A stretch of DNA of 61,726 nt, filler included, from Rhabdomonas costata (lineage: Eukaryota): the NCBI GenBank assembly GCA_019059605.1. It is 23 parts of 23 records of this genome, joined end to end, with 100 filler letters (N's around TTAATTAATTAA, not from the genome) between each part and the next. Parts side by side here need not be neighbours in the genome. Positions count along the whole stretch, not along the records: positions 1 to 2,590 come from JAHMHO010002713.1; positions 2,691 to 5,279 come from JAHMHO010002714.1; positions 5,380 to 7,969 come from JAHMHO010002715.1; positions 8,070 to 10,659 come from JAHMHO010002716.1; positions 10,760 to 13,351 come from JAHMHO010002717.1; 18 more parts are not named here. One strand, written 5' to 3'. Both the position numbers and the translations under genes were made by a program. Positions 1 through 11,036 of the stretch are shown here, in pieces. The notes under the pieces were generated by a model. It saw only the letters and a list, made by a program, of their open reading frames with translations, did no database searches and had not been told where the DNA came from. Every line of letters begins with the position of its first letter. Positions within the stretch are counted from its first letter, which is position 1.

Positions 1-1900
1 TTTTTTGTATTGGTCCAGCACATGGATACACGAACACACGAACAGAGGAAGCAAGAAGGGCGAACGTTGAGCAGCTTCTGAAAGGAAGGCATGTTGCAGT
101 GTCGCGGCAGATCACGCACCGTACCGGTGTGAAAAGGGAGACGGAATTGAGGGGCGGCAGATGCAACATAAGCCACACAAAGCGAACGAGGAAGGTGGAC
201 CAATGCAAAAAGCCAATAATAAACAGGGTGATCTATCCGCCCACACACAGAAAACGCCGAAAATAGCATGGGACGGGGATGAAACAAAGTTTAGGTTTTG
301 ACGCTGGAGTGGGATGCATAAGAGGAGGATATGTTACCCTGATTCAGATGAGGGTGAAAAATTGCGGTACTACAGCCATGAAAGAGGGGGTTATTGTGAT
401 ATGCTGCATCAATCCCATTTTACAAATCCCGTGCCATTTAAGGAATGAGAGGCGAGAAACAGAAAGCAAATCAGACCATAGGCTGGTGTGCCTTTCCTGT
501 ACAAAAGTCTGGACGACGCGCCCGCGGCGCTGTTGAGTCAACTGTCATAACGACAAACAAATATTCACAAAAAGGGCGGAGCTGAAGACAGCAGAAAGCA
601 CTGAACACACTAGCAGCGTCGCTACAAAAGAGGGCGAACACACGCCAGTGGGCAGATCGGTGGACGCGTGCTGCTAGAGAAAGCAGAAGTCACCTTGCCT
701 TGCTTAGCCTAGCCTTGCGTGAGTGTGAGTGAGGGAGACGAACGGCACAAAAGACAGGATACAAAAGGGCAGCAAGGACCTCCAAAGTGCTACAGTATTT
801 GACATCAACCAAAGATTAAAACTCCGGGCCAATATCGTCATGGAGAAAGCAAACTGAATACCGGGAGGTGGAAGAGGTGAAAAGAGGGAGACAGCCGCTG
901 TACTCCCAGTTGTGCAGAACACTAAAAGGAAGAAAGCGAACGCTCACCTTCCCGTGCACGACGGATGGGGTGAGCAGAAAAGAAGGAGGACGGGAGGGTG
1001 GCATGCATGCAACACATCAAAGGGAAAAAATGGCTGGGCGCAAATCAATGGTGCGAGTACATGCGTTTGTGTGTTGGGCACATTGCGCGCTGGCTGTTGC
1101 CTGTCTGACTGCGGGTGACCGCTGTGGACCGCCGTGTGTAGGGTGAGATGGGATGCACATAACAGAAGTAAGGATGTGACGGCTCAGAGATACCCTCCCC
1201 CCTCACGGGTCAGTACAAGGACAAAATACCAGCAATACGATGGAAAGGAAAGGAAACACGGGTACAGTTGACAACAATGCTCAGAAGTTTGTTCAACCGA
1301 GCGGGCAGGAACACGGAAAGGGACAAGGGAGCGGAGCAAGAGAGAGAGAGGAAGAGCGAGAGGGGAAACGAAATATATTCTCTTCCTTCTCCGGTTGATA
1401 ATGGGTGAGAGGGTAGCATTTGTAAGAGGCCAATGGGAGCGGGAGGGAGAGGAGTCCCTTTCCGCGCTAAAACTCTTTTCCTGCACAATAAACTGATAGA
1501 ACACAACAACACCGGGGCAAAATTACACCACGACGAGATGCTGGCTTTCGGATCCTTTCTCTGGTAGGAAAGGACAACCGAAAGGCACCCTGCTCATTGA
1601 AGCAGGCGGTCGGAGGAAAAACCGAACAGGCCACCCCAAGAGGCTGCCGGAACCCATCTGAAAATCCTTCACCAAAAGGGGGAAGAAAAACCTTCAACCA
1701 ATATATTCTACAGTGGGGTGCAGGGATGGAGGGATGTGTGTTTACGTGTGCGCAAGTAAGGAGCACCCTCTCCAATCCGCCCCATACAGCTGGGCAGAAG
1801 CAGAATTGAAAGAGAGGGCCAACTGTGTACATGCAGTGAGGGAAAACAGAAGGTATCGGTGAGCAACAGCAGATGTACGTCTCAGGGCGAGAAATCTCGC

Positions 1901-2458
1901 TCACTTGTGGTCAAACCGCAGCACGCCGTCCCAGGCCATGCCCCCAGGCTTCCCTGCGCGGCACAGCTGTAGCAGGACCTCCGTGGGACCATCGTTGGGC
2001 ACTGCGCGCTGAGCGCTTCCAAACCACTTCGTGGCCTCCTCTAAGTCCCCCGAGGCGAAGTGCTGCAGGCCCTACGGCGGCACAACCATACACACAAACT
2101 TTGGGGTGACAAAAATTGAGAACAGCAAGGAGGGAAAGGCTAATACATACCTGACGGCCAAGCATAACCACTTCTGGGGCCTTACGTATGCACAGCAGGC
2201 CCTCCCAAACGCTGCTTGACCGGTCCCTGAAGCCAGAATTATCTGACCTTTCACCCTCGGCCGCTTCGTGCCCTACGCAGTTGCTAAGGGTTTACGTACT
2301 GCTCCCGAAACGTATTTACAACATTCCTACGCAAGGGAGGAAGGGCACCGCAACGGGTTCACCAGCCATTCAAAGCCATTCAGAAAGCGCACCCGTACCA
2401 TTTTGCCATTCGTTCGTAGGGTGGTGCGCCCTATTTCTATACTTTTATCGGCCCCTTC
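1901..2458 (-). CDS. C-terminal exons of a class III adenylate/guanylate cyclase-family protein (partial)
   Basis: Exons 2458-2399, 2272-2186 and 2071-1901 (GT-AG, all phase 0). The last exon reads GLQHFASGDLEEATKWFGSAQRAVPNDGPTEVLLQLCRAGKPGGMAWDGVLRFDHK*, matching the TPR-like tail (GL..y..gd...A...F......p.DGP....l..C.....WDGV.....K*) of many class III cyclases. The catalytic domain is not in the contig. Confidence 0.7.
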
Positions 2459-2590
2459 CTAAGAGGTGCAGGGGGTGCAAGGCCTGGGGCGGCACATAAT
2501 CACACACACCTACACAAACGTGTTGAACGATAAAAACAGAGAACAGAAGGCGAGGACAAAGGCTGCCACGCACTTGAGGGCAAAAACAAA

Positions 2591-2690
2591 NNNNNNNNNN
2601 NNNNNNNNNNNNNNNNNNNNNNNNNNNNNNNNNNTTAATTAATTAANNNNNNNNNNNNNNNNNNNNNNNNNNNNNNNNNNNNNNNNNNNN
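2591..2690. other. Artificial contig linker (N44-TTAATTAATTAA-N44, stop codons in all six frames); first of 22 identical linkers spaced about 2.69 kb apart
   Basis: The identical linker recurs at 5280, 7970, 10660, 13352, 16042, 18731, 21420, 24109, 26798, 29488, 32175, 34866, 37555, 40244, 42932, 45611, 48298, 50984, 53671, 56357 and 59042. Flanking sequences are unrelated and contig lengths are nearly equal. Confidence 0.99.
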
Positions 2691-2900
2691 TGTTGGTTGT
2701 AAATTGAGCTAGAGTCAAAATGGGAAAATAAATAAGTAGTGTTGAGGGTGCATCTGTTTGCGTGCAAACCAGACAATATACGAGCCATGAGCGGATTGCT
2801 TCCCATGCTGAATCCGAGGTCTCTCTAGCTTTTCGACTTTTTTGTGGGCGCGCTCTTCCTGCTTCCTGACAAGTCCGTTTCCATTTTTATGTCCTTTCAG

Positions 2901-3900
2901 GAGAATTACGTGAACATGAAGCCCCAGAGCTGCCATCAGCCCTTGGACCGCCTTCGGGCTCTTCTCAAGGCGTCGGACTCAATCTGCCAGGGCGACATTT
3001 GCGAGCGCATGATTCGAATGTATGTCTGTAACGGTTTGACGTGCAGTGCGCTGCAGATCAGGACAGCCCCATTTCCACCACCTCCGCCCAGCATCCTTGG
3101 CTATTCACATGCCCTATGGACGAATTTGCCTTATTATGCTAGTTTATGACTAGCAAAATGAGCAGATCCGTTTCCACTCGAGCCCAAATCTGGCTGAGAC
3201 TCAAGTCAGCCTTTATGAATGAAATGAGAAGTTTTTTTTTGCGGATTGGCGTCCTATTCCATTTCGTGTACTTCTTCTTTTGGGTAGAGCGTGGTGCGGT
3301 CGGCCGGGGAGTTGTGGTTGGGGTGATTTTAGCGAACAGCGGTGGGCTCTTTCGCCGTCCCACGTGCTGCTCTCCTCGGTGTACCCCTCGGCCCAAGTTC
3401 GCGGCACTTTTGAGCCACTGAAGCCCGTGACCAACTTCATGGACAGCCGGTTTCGATTTCCAGGGTCTCTCCAATTCTTCCTCCTGTTGTCTACCACGAA
3501 GTTCTTCTCACCACCATAGACATGCTCTGATGTTCAGTTGTTGTTCCGTTTTGCCTACTGGATCCCTTTTCTTTTCCTCTTTTCCTTGTGAATTGACGCA
3601 CCTCACTGTGTAATGCAAAACCTCACTGACCTTTTCTCCACTGCCTTTGGACCTGTCACGCTGAACTTCGTGATCCTCCTTTTTGGAAAATCATCGCTTT
3701 TTTGAAGGTGCATCCATTGCTGTTATCTTCTCCTTGTGTTGGAAAGAATCCTCCACCGATGGTTGTGCAAGTTCTTTGCTCAAAAGACTTCTTTGATGTT
3801 CTCCTCTCTCACCCGTTACTCTTTAAATATTTCTGCAAGATTCTCTCCAATACACCTCAGGTGGCTGGGCCAGAACTCCACGTTTCGCAAGAACGAGCGA
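2901..3900 (+). CDS. RFC1: Replication factor C subunit 1, C-terminal domain, upstream exons (partial; truncated at an inversion junction)
   Basis: Exons 2901-3019, 3333-3464 and 3861-~3900 splice in frame: ENYVNMKP...LLKASDSICQGDICERMIR-IEQRWALSPSHVLLSSVYPSAQVRG...RFRFPG-WLGQNSTFRKNER. These are RFC1 C-terminal motifs (ENY, DSI..GD, Q.W.L.P, FP.WLG.NS). Confidence 0.88.
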
Positions 3901-3902
3901 AG

Positions 3903-4565
3903 GCCTTCCGCGCTCGGGCCCGCCACGCCTTCCCCATCTGCAACAACCCCCTCAGCATCGTCCTCGTCAGCCCCCAGGGCTCCGGCGCTGCGAGAAGCCC
4001 CCTTTATCACAGAGGCTAGGTGGGTGGAGTTGAACCTGGTGAAAAAAGAAACCCACTGGAGAGACGAGGAAGGAGGGCGTGGGAAGGTTCAGAACAAACT
4101 TCCGCCACGACACTCATACACAAGAATTTTTGATGAACGTGCCCCCTTGCGGCAAATTATTGGTGACTGTTCAGCCCTGACAAAGGAGCAAACAATCCAG
4201 AGACTTGCGCATCTTAAAAGTGGGAGTTTGTGCATGCGCGCTCTTTCTCTATCTCTCGAGCAGAATTCACAACGACCAGAAAAAGCTGTGGGCTGCCACA
4301 CACGCAAAAAGGGAGGAGAGCAGATATTTTAAGGTCCCCGAAAGAAGTGGGATGCAAAGTGAAAAGGAGAGTGGGCAGGGGAATTGATTGTGGAAGGAAT
4401 TCGGGGGGGCAACTTTCGGGTGAACGCCGTCTTCACAGCGGAGTCGATCGCCGCTGGGGCAGCCCCCTTGGGCCTGCTCAGCAAAGGGAGCTCCTGCAGC
4501 ACATCCCAGTCATCGCGGCAGAGGTGGTACTCATCCATCACCGCAATGACTTCATCAATGCCCTC
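3903..4565 (-). CDS. RFC1: Replication factor C subunit 1, downstream exons, in inverted orientation (partial)
   Basis: Exons 4565-4414 and 4035-~3903: EGIDEVIAVMDEYHLCRDDWDVLQEL...IDSAVKTAFTRK-FNSTHL, then an acidic tail. This matches the RFC1 motif V...MD.Y.L...DWD...EL...I...VK.AFTR..N. Confidence 0.88.
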
Positions 4566-5912
4566 CTGAGAGAAAAAAACCAAACCCAAGATGGGGGGGG
4601 GGTTTGCGATGGAAGACATTGTCATGAAGCAGCAGGTGGCAGGCTTGTGTGCAAAAAAGATGCAGAGCAGTCTTTGATAAGCATCCGAGGGTTCGAACAT
4701 CATTCGGGCCAGCAAACCCCACCGGACCAGGCGCATATCTTGCCAGACGGTCAGATCGCCAACCTTCTCTGGTGGACATTATCAAACCATCATTGATTTA
4801 TGGGCAATGAGAACTCAAACAATCGGAGTGAAGCATGCCCTGGTAACCACTGTTGCATGAAAATGTGCATCACAATACACGCCCACGCATCCGTTGTTAT
4901 ACCGACGTATGCATTTGGTGTTGCACGATCATAAATCGGTCGTACTCCAAAACGCCCGGTTACTTATGATGCCAGATTATGTCACGGACGCGGACCTTTC
5001 CTCTGGTCACCAGAGGAGAAGTAAGGTGATGAGCTAGCACTGGGAAGTAGTCCATTCGAAGATCCGCCCGTGTCCCTTTAAAAAAAGGGAAGAGGGGTGG
5101 TGGTGAGTGCAAAGTTTAAAAGGATCGCTGCAAGAAATGGAAGGGGATGGGGCCACACAAGCACTTGGCAATTCAGAAGGGACAATTTGGAAAGCGTCGA
5201 GGAAAAAAAGAAAATGGTGAAGTCCAGCTTCATGGACTTTTGGCCAATGGGATCATTGGAAGGAGGTCAACCCAAAACCNNNNNNNNNNNNNNNNNNNNN
5301 NNNNNNNNNNNNNNNNNNNNNNNTTAATTAATTAANNNNNNNNNNNNNNNNNNNNNNNNNNNNNNNNNNNNNNNNNNNNTTTTGGAGCACTTACCATCTG
5401 CCTTTGTATTGCATGTCAGACCCTGACCGGTTGAATGTTCTATTTTTTTTAATGTCTAACAGGGAGGGTGACCGATTTTACTGATGGAAGGTGCTTTGCA
5501 GTTCTGAATTTTCCTGGAAATGAAACGAGGATATCGTTATCTCTTCCGCCGCATTCGGACAATTTTATATTTTATCCCATGCCGTTTGAGGTCCTTTGTT
5601 TGATTCTGCGCTATTGAAACCGTGTTCTTACGTGGTCATCAGTTGCCCACAACTGATTGCCTAATCTTTGTTTCCGGAAAATCCTTCGGTCACGGTACGT
5701 TTCGTTGGGAAACTGTGGATTCACAATTTCGACTCCATCGTGATCACCTAAATCCGCTCTCCTTGCACCCGACCAAAGAGTGTGGTGCCACAAGGAACAG
5801 AACGTAGATCGAGTTGAATTCAACGAATGGAGCAGACTGAGTCAGATTCTACTCCCATGGATTTTTGGAAGGGCTGGAGAGAGGTCAGCGAACGGTGAGC
5901 TCACCACTGACA

Positions 5913-5958
5913 TGTCTTCAGCGTGGGGCCAATTTGATAGTGCCCCACGCTGAAGACA
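5913..5958. repeat. Perfect 17-bp inverted repeat with a 12-nt loop
   Basis: TGTCTTCAGCGTGGGGC (5913-5929) pairs with GCCCCACGCTGAAGACA (5942-5958). Confidence 0.95.
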
Positions 5959-6081
5959 CGCGCACGTTGAACCTCCTCACCCGTCAACCCGTCAGCCTGT
6001 CAATCCTCATAGCGTTTTGCTGAGTGCTGTGTGCATGTACTATCTGAACTCTGTTGTCTTTCTATTCCGTGGCAAGTGAAT

Positions 6082-7271
6082 ATGCCGTATTCCTCCGAGT
6101 GGGAAGCCTCGCCGTCGGAATCCTCGAGCTCTGAATCTTCCGAGCAGGGCGATGTCACGCCTACCGCTGACCCGGAGTTGGTTTTGCAGGAGGAGCTGGA
6201 AGCCAGGGCAGAGCTGCAGGGCGCCCTGGAGGTGCAATTGGAGCAGCTTCACAAGGAGCTTCGGCAGGAGCTCCTTCGGGATTTGGGACAGCGGTGTGTC
6301 TGTGTGTGTGCGTGTCGGTGTGCGTGTAGCAAAGGAGTAGAGCTTGGTCTTGAACAAAGTGTTGTTTTGTGTAATTTACGCCATCGAAATTTTTCAAGAA
6401 CCTCACCCGCACTCTGTTCGTTAAACAATGTGCGAGTGTGTTATTGTCAGGCTGATGGACCAGCGCAACCTCAGGCTCACACTGGGACGCTGTGCAACTG
6501 CTCTCCGAGACGTAGTCTCCGGAATTCGATTGGAGCAGGCATCGCTCAAGGTGCTCCCTTGTTTAGCCTTCTGTGAAGTTCCCTTGATATGTCATGTGTA
6601 CGCACACTATCCACGTACTCTGATTTCTCATCAGATTTGGAACTCTACACCTCAACTTCACGTTTCACCCATGTACGATGAAGTGTGTGTGTGTCCACGG
6701 GGCGTGTTTGCATTGTGAGGTTGAGGTGTGTGTGTGTGTGTGTGTGTGTTGTGTGTGTGTGTGTGTGTGTGTGTGTTTCGCTCTATGTCTTTTGGGAGCT
6801 TGGACCGCGGTTCCGTTGGACCTCGTAGTCTTCTGCCTCGTTTGTTCCGGGGCGCTTCAATTCCCATGAATGAGGTATTGTGTTCAAGAAGCGGTTGCAT
6901 AGTAATGTTCCCGTACGAAAACGTTTGAGCCTCCTCTGGATTGTCGAGCGGTGGATTGTCTGTTTTAACTGACATGTACATGTACCTGTACATGAACAGA
7001 CAGGCATACATAGAACATGTTTATGAGCTTCGTTTCTTTATTAGCTTCGTGTCATTCGCACCATCACCAGAGCTCAGTGGATACAATGCTCTGCTCTGCT
7101 CGGGAGGCCCTAGACAGCCACTGCGCAACAGCCATGGGCGCCGTGGAAGAGTCTGAGAAGAGCCGCTTGAGCGGCGAGGCCTCAACTCCGGCACCGCCCA
7201 AGAAGCCTGTGAAGCGTGCAAAGGCGAAGGCCAAGGCGAAGGCGGGAGCTGCCACTACAGCGCCGGCAGAG
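6082..7271 (+). CDS. Hypothetical coiled-coil protein, 5' exons (partial)
   Basis: Exons 6082-6293, 6451-6550 and 7071-7271 join in frame through GT-AG introns: MPYSSEWE...LQEELEARAELQGALEVQLEQLHKELRQELL...R-LMDQRNLRLTLG...EQASLK-SSVDTML...KKPVKRAKAKAK. GC3-rich. A pyrimidine tract plus AG lies just upstream of the ATG. Confidence 0.65.
6726..6776 (+). repeat. (GT)n microsatellite in an intron; others at ~9440-9460 (CA)n, ~31910-31992 compound GA/GT, ~34604-34631 (GT)n
   Basis: Directly visible dinucleotide runs. Confidence 0.95.
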
Positions 7272-8099
7272 GTTCTTACGCCGTATTCCTTCCCGGCGCT
7301 CTCTTTCTGAATCTGCTTTTCTTTCTGGTGTGTATCTAGGAGGAAGGAAGTGGAAATATGAAAAAGAGAGTGTGAGCCGAGTTTTGGCACAGTTCGACCG
7401 TGGGTGAAGCACTGACCCCGTGGCTTTGTGGGAGACCTTTTCTCGCGTAAAAAAGACTCGCTGTGGCCTGATTGTGATCTGAGTGGGGAGCTTAGGTTCC
7501 AGTACACGAGACGAGAGAACCATCTACACGGTACTGTGTTGACGAAAATATTGTCCGCGTCACCCCAAAAAAGGAACAACTGAAAAAGGCGCACTGTAAA
7601 ATAGGCATTTGTGGACTTAGAAGCTAAAAACGGTTGGTGGAAAAAACTGGTTTTGACCTGCTGCCTCTTTTCGGCCTTCACTTTGAGTGTCTATCCCTAC
7701 CTCTTATTTTTGAGATGACGCGGGGCATGCAACAGTGGTGAAGGCCTTGTACACTCGCAATTCCTTTCCAACCCTAGCCCCACTTTTGCTTTACTTGGCA
7801 GTCCTGGTGAGTTTGGTGATGCAGCATGACAGTAAAACGTTCTCTTTCCTACGGAAACTGCTTTCCATCTCCTTCTACCTGATGCGCCACAAGGGGCAAC
7901 TCACTACACAGCGGCTGCTTCCTTTTGGCGTTTTTGCTTCGGGCTCATAACATTGGGGGGGGGGGTGAGNNNNNNNNNNNNNNNNNNNNNNNNNNNNNNN
8001 NNNNNNNNNNNNNTTAATTAATTAANNNNNNNNNNNNNNNNNNNNNNNNNNNNNNNNNNNNNNNNNNNNGTGTTGGGTGTGTGTGGGGGTGGTGGTGGT

Positions 8100-9010
8100 G
8101 CAGGCTGTTGGACGCATACCAGTTTTGAACAACCTCTCTGGCGTTTTTCAATCCATTGTACCTGATGGCCTGCACACTGTCACTGCGCATGTCAACATGC
8201 CGAACTCAAAGCACTGCGGATCTTCTTCCCATGTTTATCGCAATTGCCTAACGGCATCACACCCAGCATCAAGAAAAGAATAAGAAAGACCGACGAAGAA
8301 CACCACTGCAAAAAAACCTGTGCTCCAACAGGAACTCTTCGAGGTTTTTTGAGCGATGATAGTAAGTCGTGACGGCTTCTCTATAATGTCAATTTGACGG
8401 CATCGACCTGATGCAGCCTTTAACCTAAAAACCCCGAAGCAACTCCTGAATAAACAGACCCCAACCCCCACAACCTCTCCAGAGCCACCCCTCGAAGCAG
8501 GTCGGAGTTCAGCTTCGCCATGCCCTGGGCCGAGAGCTGAGCCAGCACAGCCCGCTCCTCCCCGCGAAGGCTCAGTGGACTACACTCGAACGCATCCATT
8601 CCCAAAGGCTCTCCCTGCCTCAAACCCAGCATAGAAAAAGGACCTTTCTCCCCTAAAACGATAATAAAATTATGCACCAGCCAACGGGAGGTAGGAAGAC
8701 AGATGCACAAATGCCTCCAGCACCTCGTTAACACCCCTCATTCCTAATCCACCTTGGTCGAAGCCATAAATGAACACCTCAGTTGTGTACACCGAGCGAA
8801 CGAGCAGCGGGGTGCACCAATCATCATTTGGACAGCATTTTTCTGCCAAAAGTAATGTCCGGGTGCAAGACTCGGCGGTGGGAGTTCGCCGCACGTTGGA
8901 GTTCGCGGTACTGATTGGGATCCAGAAACCTCGCTCTTGGTGGAATGGTTTTGGTGTTCTAGAATCACGGTCATCGGGCATCACCACGTACAGATGGCGG
9001 CGACGGCAAA
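8100..9010 (-). mobile_element. Possible decayed non-LTR retrotransposon fragment (post-RT GGLG region and RNase H-like remnant)
   Basis: Broken frames contain FIYGFDQGGLGMRGV (like the LINE post-RT GGLG motif) and, downstream, HVDMRSDSVQAIR (like the RNase H SDS..AI motif). Many stops and frameshifts. Confidence 0.3.
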
Positions 9011-10763
9011 AAACCTGATTCATGTGTTACTATCACAGCTTAAACAACTCAAGACACCTCTCCATTCAGCAATCTTTTGGAGGCATGCGACCCATTCAAC
9101 AAGCTAACCTGTAAACTAGCGAATCAGCAAAGAAGCCATACTCACGCCAAAACAAACAAAAACGCAGTTCGCCATCCCAAACAGACCCTGTTTGAACGAG
9201 TAATTGAGTGAGATGTCGGAAAAACATACGCCACACAGCAACTCACCCACCCACCCTGCTCACAAGAGTAGACCCCACTCACAAGAGTAGGAACGAGGAG
9301 AGAAAAAAAGGCACCTTGATACCCCTCTGCATCACCGGGGGCGGATGGATCACCCAGGTCTCCCACTCACCCACCCTCCGCATTACGTGTGTGCGAGGAG
9401 AAAGAGAGGAGCAAACTCCTGACGCAAACCCACGCACGGACACACACACACACACACACAACAAATCCTTCCTAGTCCGCAACCGCACCACGACGGCAGA
9501 TGTCAACTTGCAAGTTGTCACCGGAAACGGCATAAGGAAGGAAAGCAGCAAAACTCAGAGGGGCCGAGCTCGCGGGTAAACATCAATAAAATGAAAAAAC
9601 AAATGAATGGACGCCGAAGGGGCAGTGTACACGGGGGCAGGGGGCAGTTCACTGATATTTTTCCTTCCTAGTCCTTCCATACTCTGGTCGATCGCTGGAT
9701 TCGTCAGCAACCCTCCACGGTTTCCTATGAAGGGCTCACGGGGGGAGTCTCAATGTGCAAACAATCAACCACTGCAGGACTGCGATGAAAGTCGCCGCAG
9801 TAGACGCCGAACTCAGCGAAGCTTACCCCAATCCACAAGAAAACACATACTTACTCACAAAACGTACAGCCGGCCACAGACCCACATCACCTTTTGAGAG
9901 CAAAACATTCTCCACCCATCCTGCTAAGCCCCACCCATCCATTGTGTGGTTGCATGGGAAAGCGGTCTGTATGGATCTGCCTCGCCGAAGAGAGGAAAGC
10001 GAAGGTCAGGACCACCAGGCAGACCACCGGGGGGGGGGATGCCACGGGTACCCGTGAAGGTACTACCTTACGTGAGTGGACACATTTGTCAGCAATTGCA
10101 GTTGTTCTTCGCAGGTATCCTCAAAGAAAACTGGAACCCCAAAATCTACCACGTTGGCCAGAGTGGGCGAGGGAGCGAGCCGTAGAACTTGACAGCGGCT
10201 TCCCTGTGAGAGATGGGGACGAGGGAGCACCCAAACAAAGTAGAACGGTGAGAAGGTCAACCACTGTGTGGCTAAGCCAACCATAGAGCAACCTGAGGAA
10301 AGAAAACCAAAGAAAGGAAACCCCCCCAACACGTTAAACTGCAGTTTTCCCCGAGAATCCTACCCCCTCTATGCGCTCGTTCAGGACAACCGTTTCGGAG
10401 ATAAAAAAAGCAGGTAACCTTTTGGGTGCCACGAGTACAGGGGCACACACGCACTCAACGCTCGCGCGAATCCGTGGATCCGCGGTGAAATAATAGTACA
10501 GCACATGTGGACAAACAACACACCCCACGGGGCAAGGGGTGGTGAGTGCGGGAGAAATGAGAAATCGGAAAACGATTTCGTGGCGCCTAACTCCCCAGTC
10601 CAATAAGGACCGGCAAGCGAGGCGACCCACGTCACCCCGACAAAAAAAATCACAAAACANNNNNNNNNNNNNNNNNNNNNNNNNNNNNNNNNNNNNNNNN
10701 NNNTTAATTAATTAANNNNNNNNNNNNNNNNNNNNNNNNNNNNNNNNNNNNNNNNNNNNTGTT

Positions 10764-11036
10764 TTGTGTGGAGTCAAATGTGTGCCTTACGCCAACCCGA
10801 CATGGAGCGTCATTGCTCACGTGCTGGTAAAAGCATGTCTGGAGAAATCTCGGCTGATGCTTGTGACTCCAGAGTGGCCAGATGCACCGTGGTACTCGAA
10901 CATGAAGGAGCTGACAGTGCGAAGCCAGCGTTGGAATGGAAGGTTGTACTTAGATTCCACAGGACGTTTGATGTCAAAGCCCCGCTGGGCTAAGGTCTTT
11001 TCTTACGTGATGGTAAGACAGGTGGAATTAGTGTAG
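10764..11036 (+). mobile_element. Retroelement-borne N6-adenine DNA methyltransferase-like (DIRS-type MT) domain fragment, probably decayed
   Basis: YANPTWSVIAHVLVKACLEKSRLMLVTPEWPDAPWY matches the Y.NPP(W/F)..I..VL.K.......L..P.W....WY signature of the MT domain in DIRS-like pol ORFs. Intronless, and followed by about 1.2 kb of degenerate sequence. Confidence 0.7.

Noticed and set aside
470..1570. Small AG...GT-bounded segments on the - strand downstream of the cyclase stop
   Set aside because: They could not be joined into a convincing ORF and may be UTR or intergenic.
2072..2204. 9-bp direct repeat (AGGGCCTGC, sense) near both ends of a cyclase intron, suggesting a nonconventional intron
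   Set aside because: A canonical GTAAGG...TAG intron keeps all three exons in one open frame, so no non-canonical model is needed.
2635..2646. TTAATTAATTAA recurring every ~2.69 kb as a regular array or CRISPR-like repeat
   Set aside because: It is an artificial six-frame stop linker embedded in N runs.
8200..8250. Zinc-knuckle-like HCGSSSHVYRNC on the + strand
   Set aside because: The first cysteine is missing and there is no surrounding gag-like frame; probably chance.
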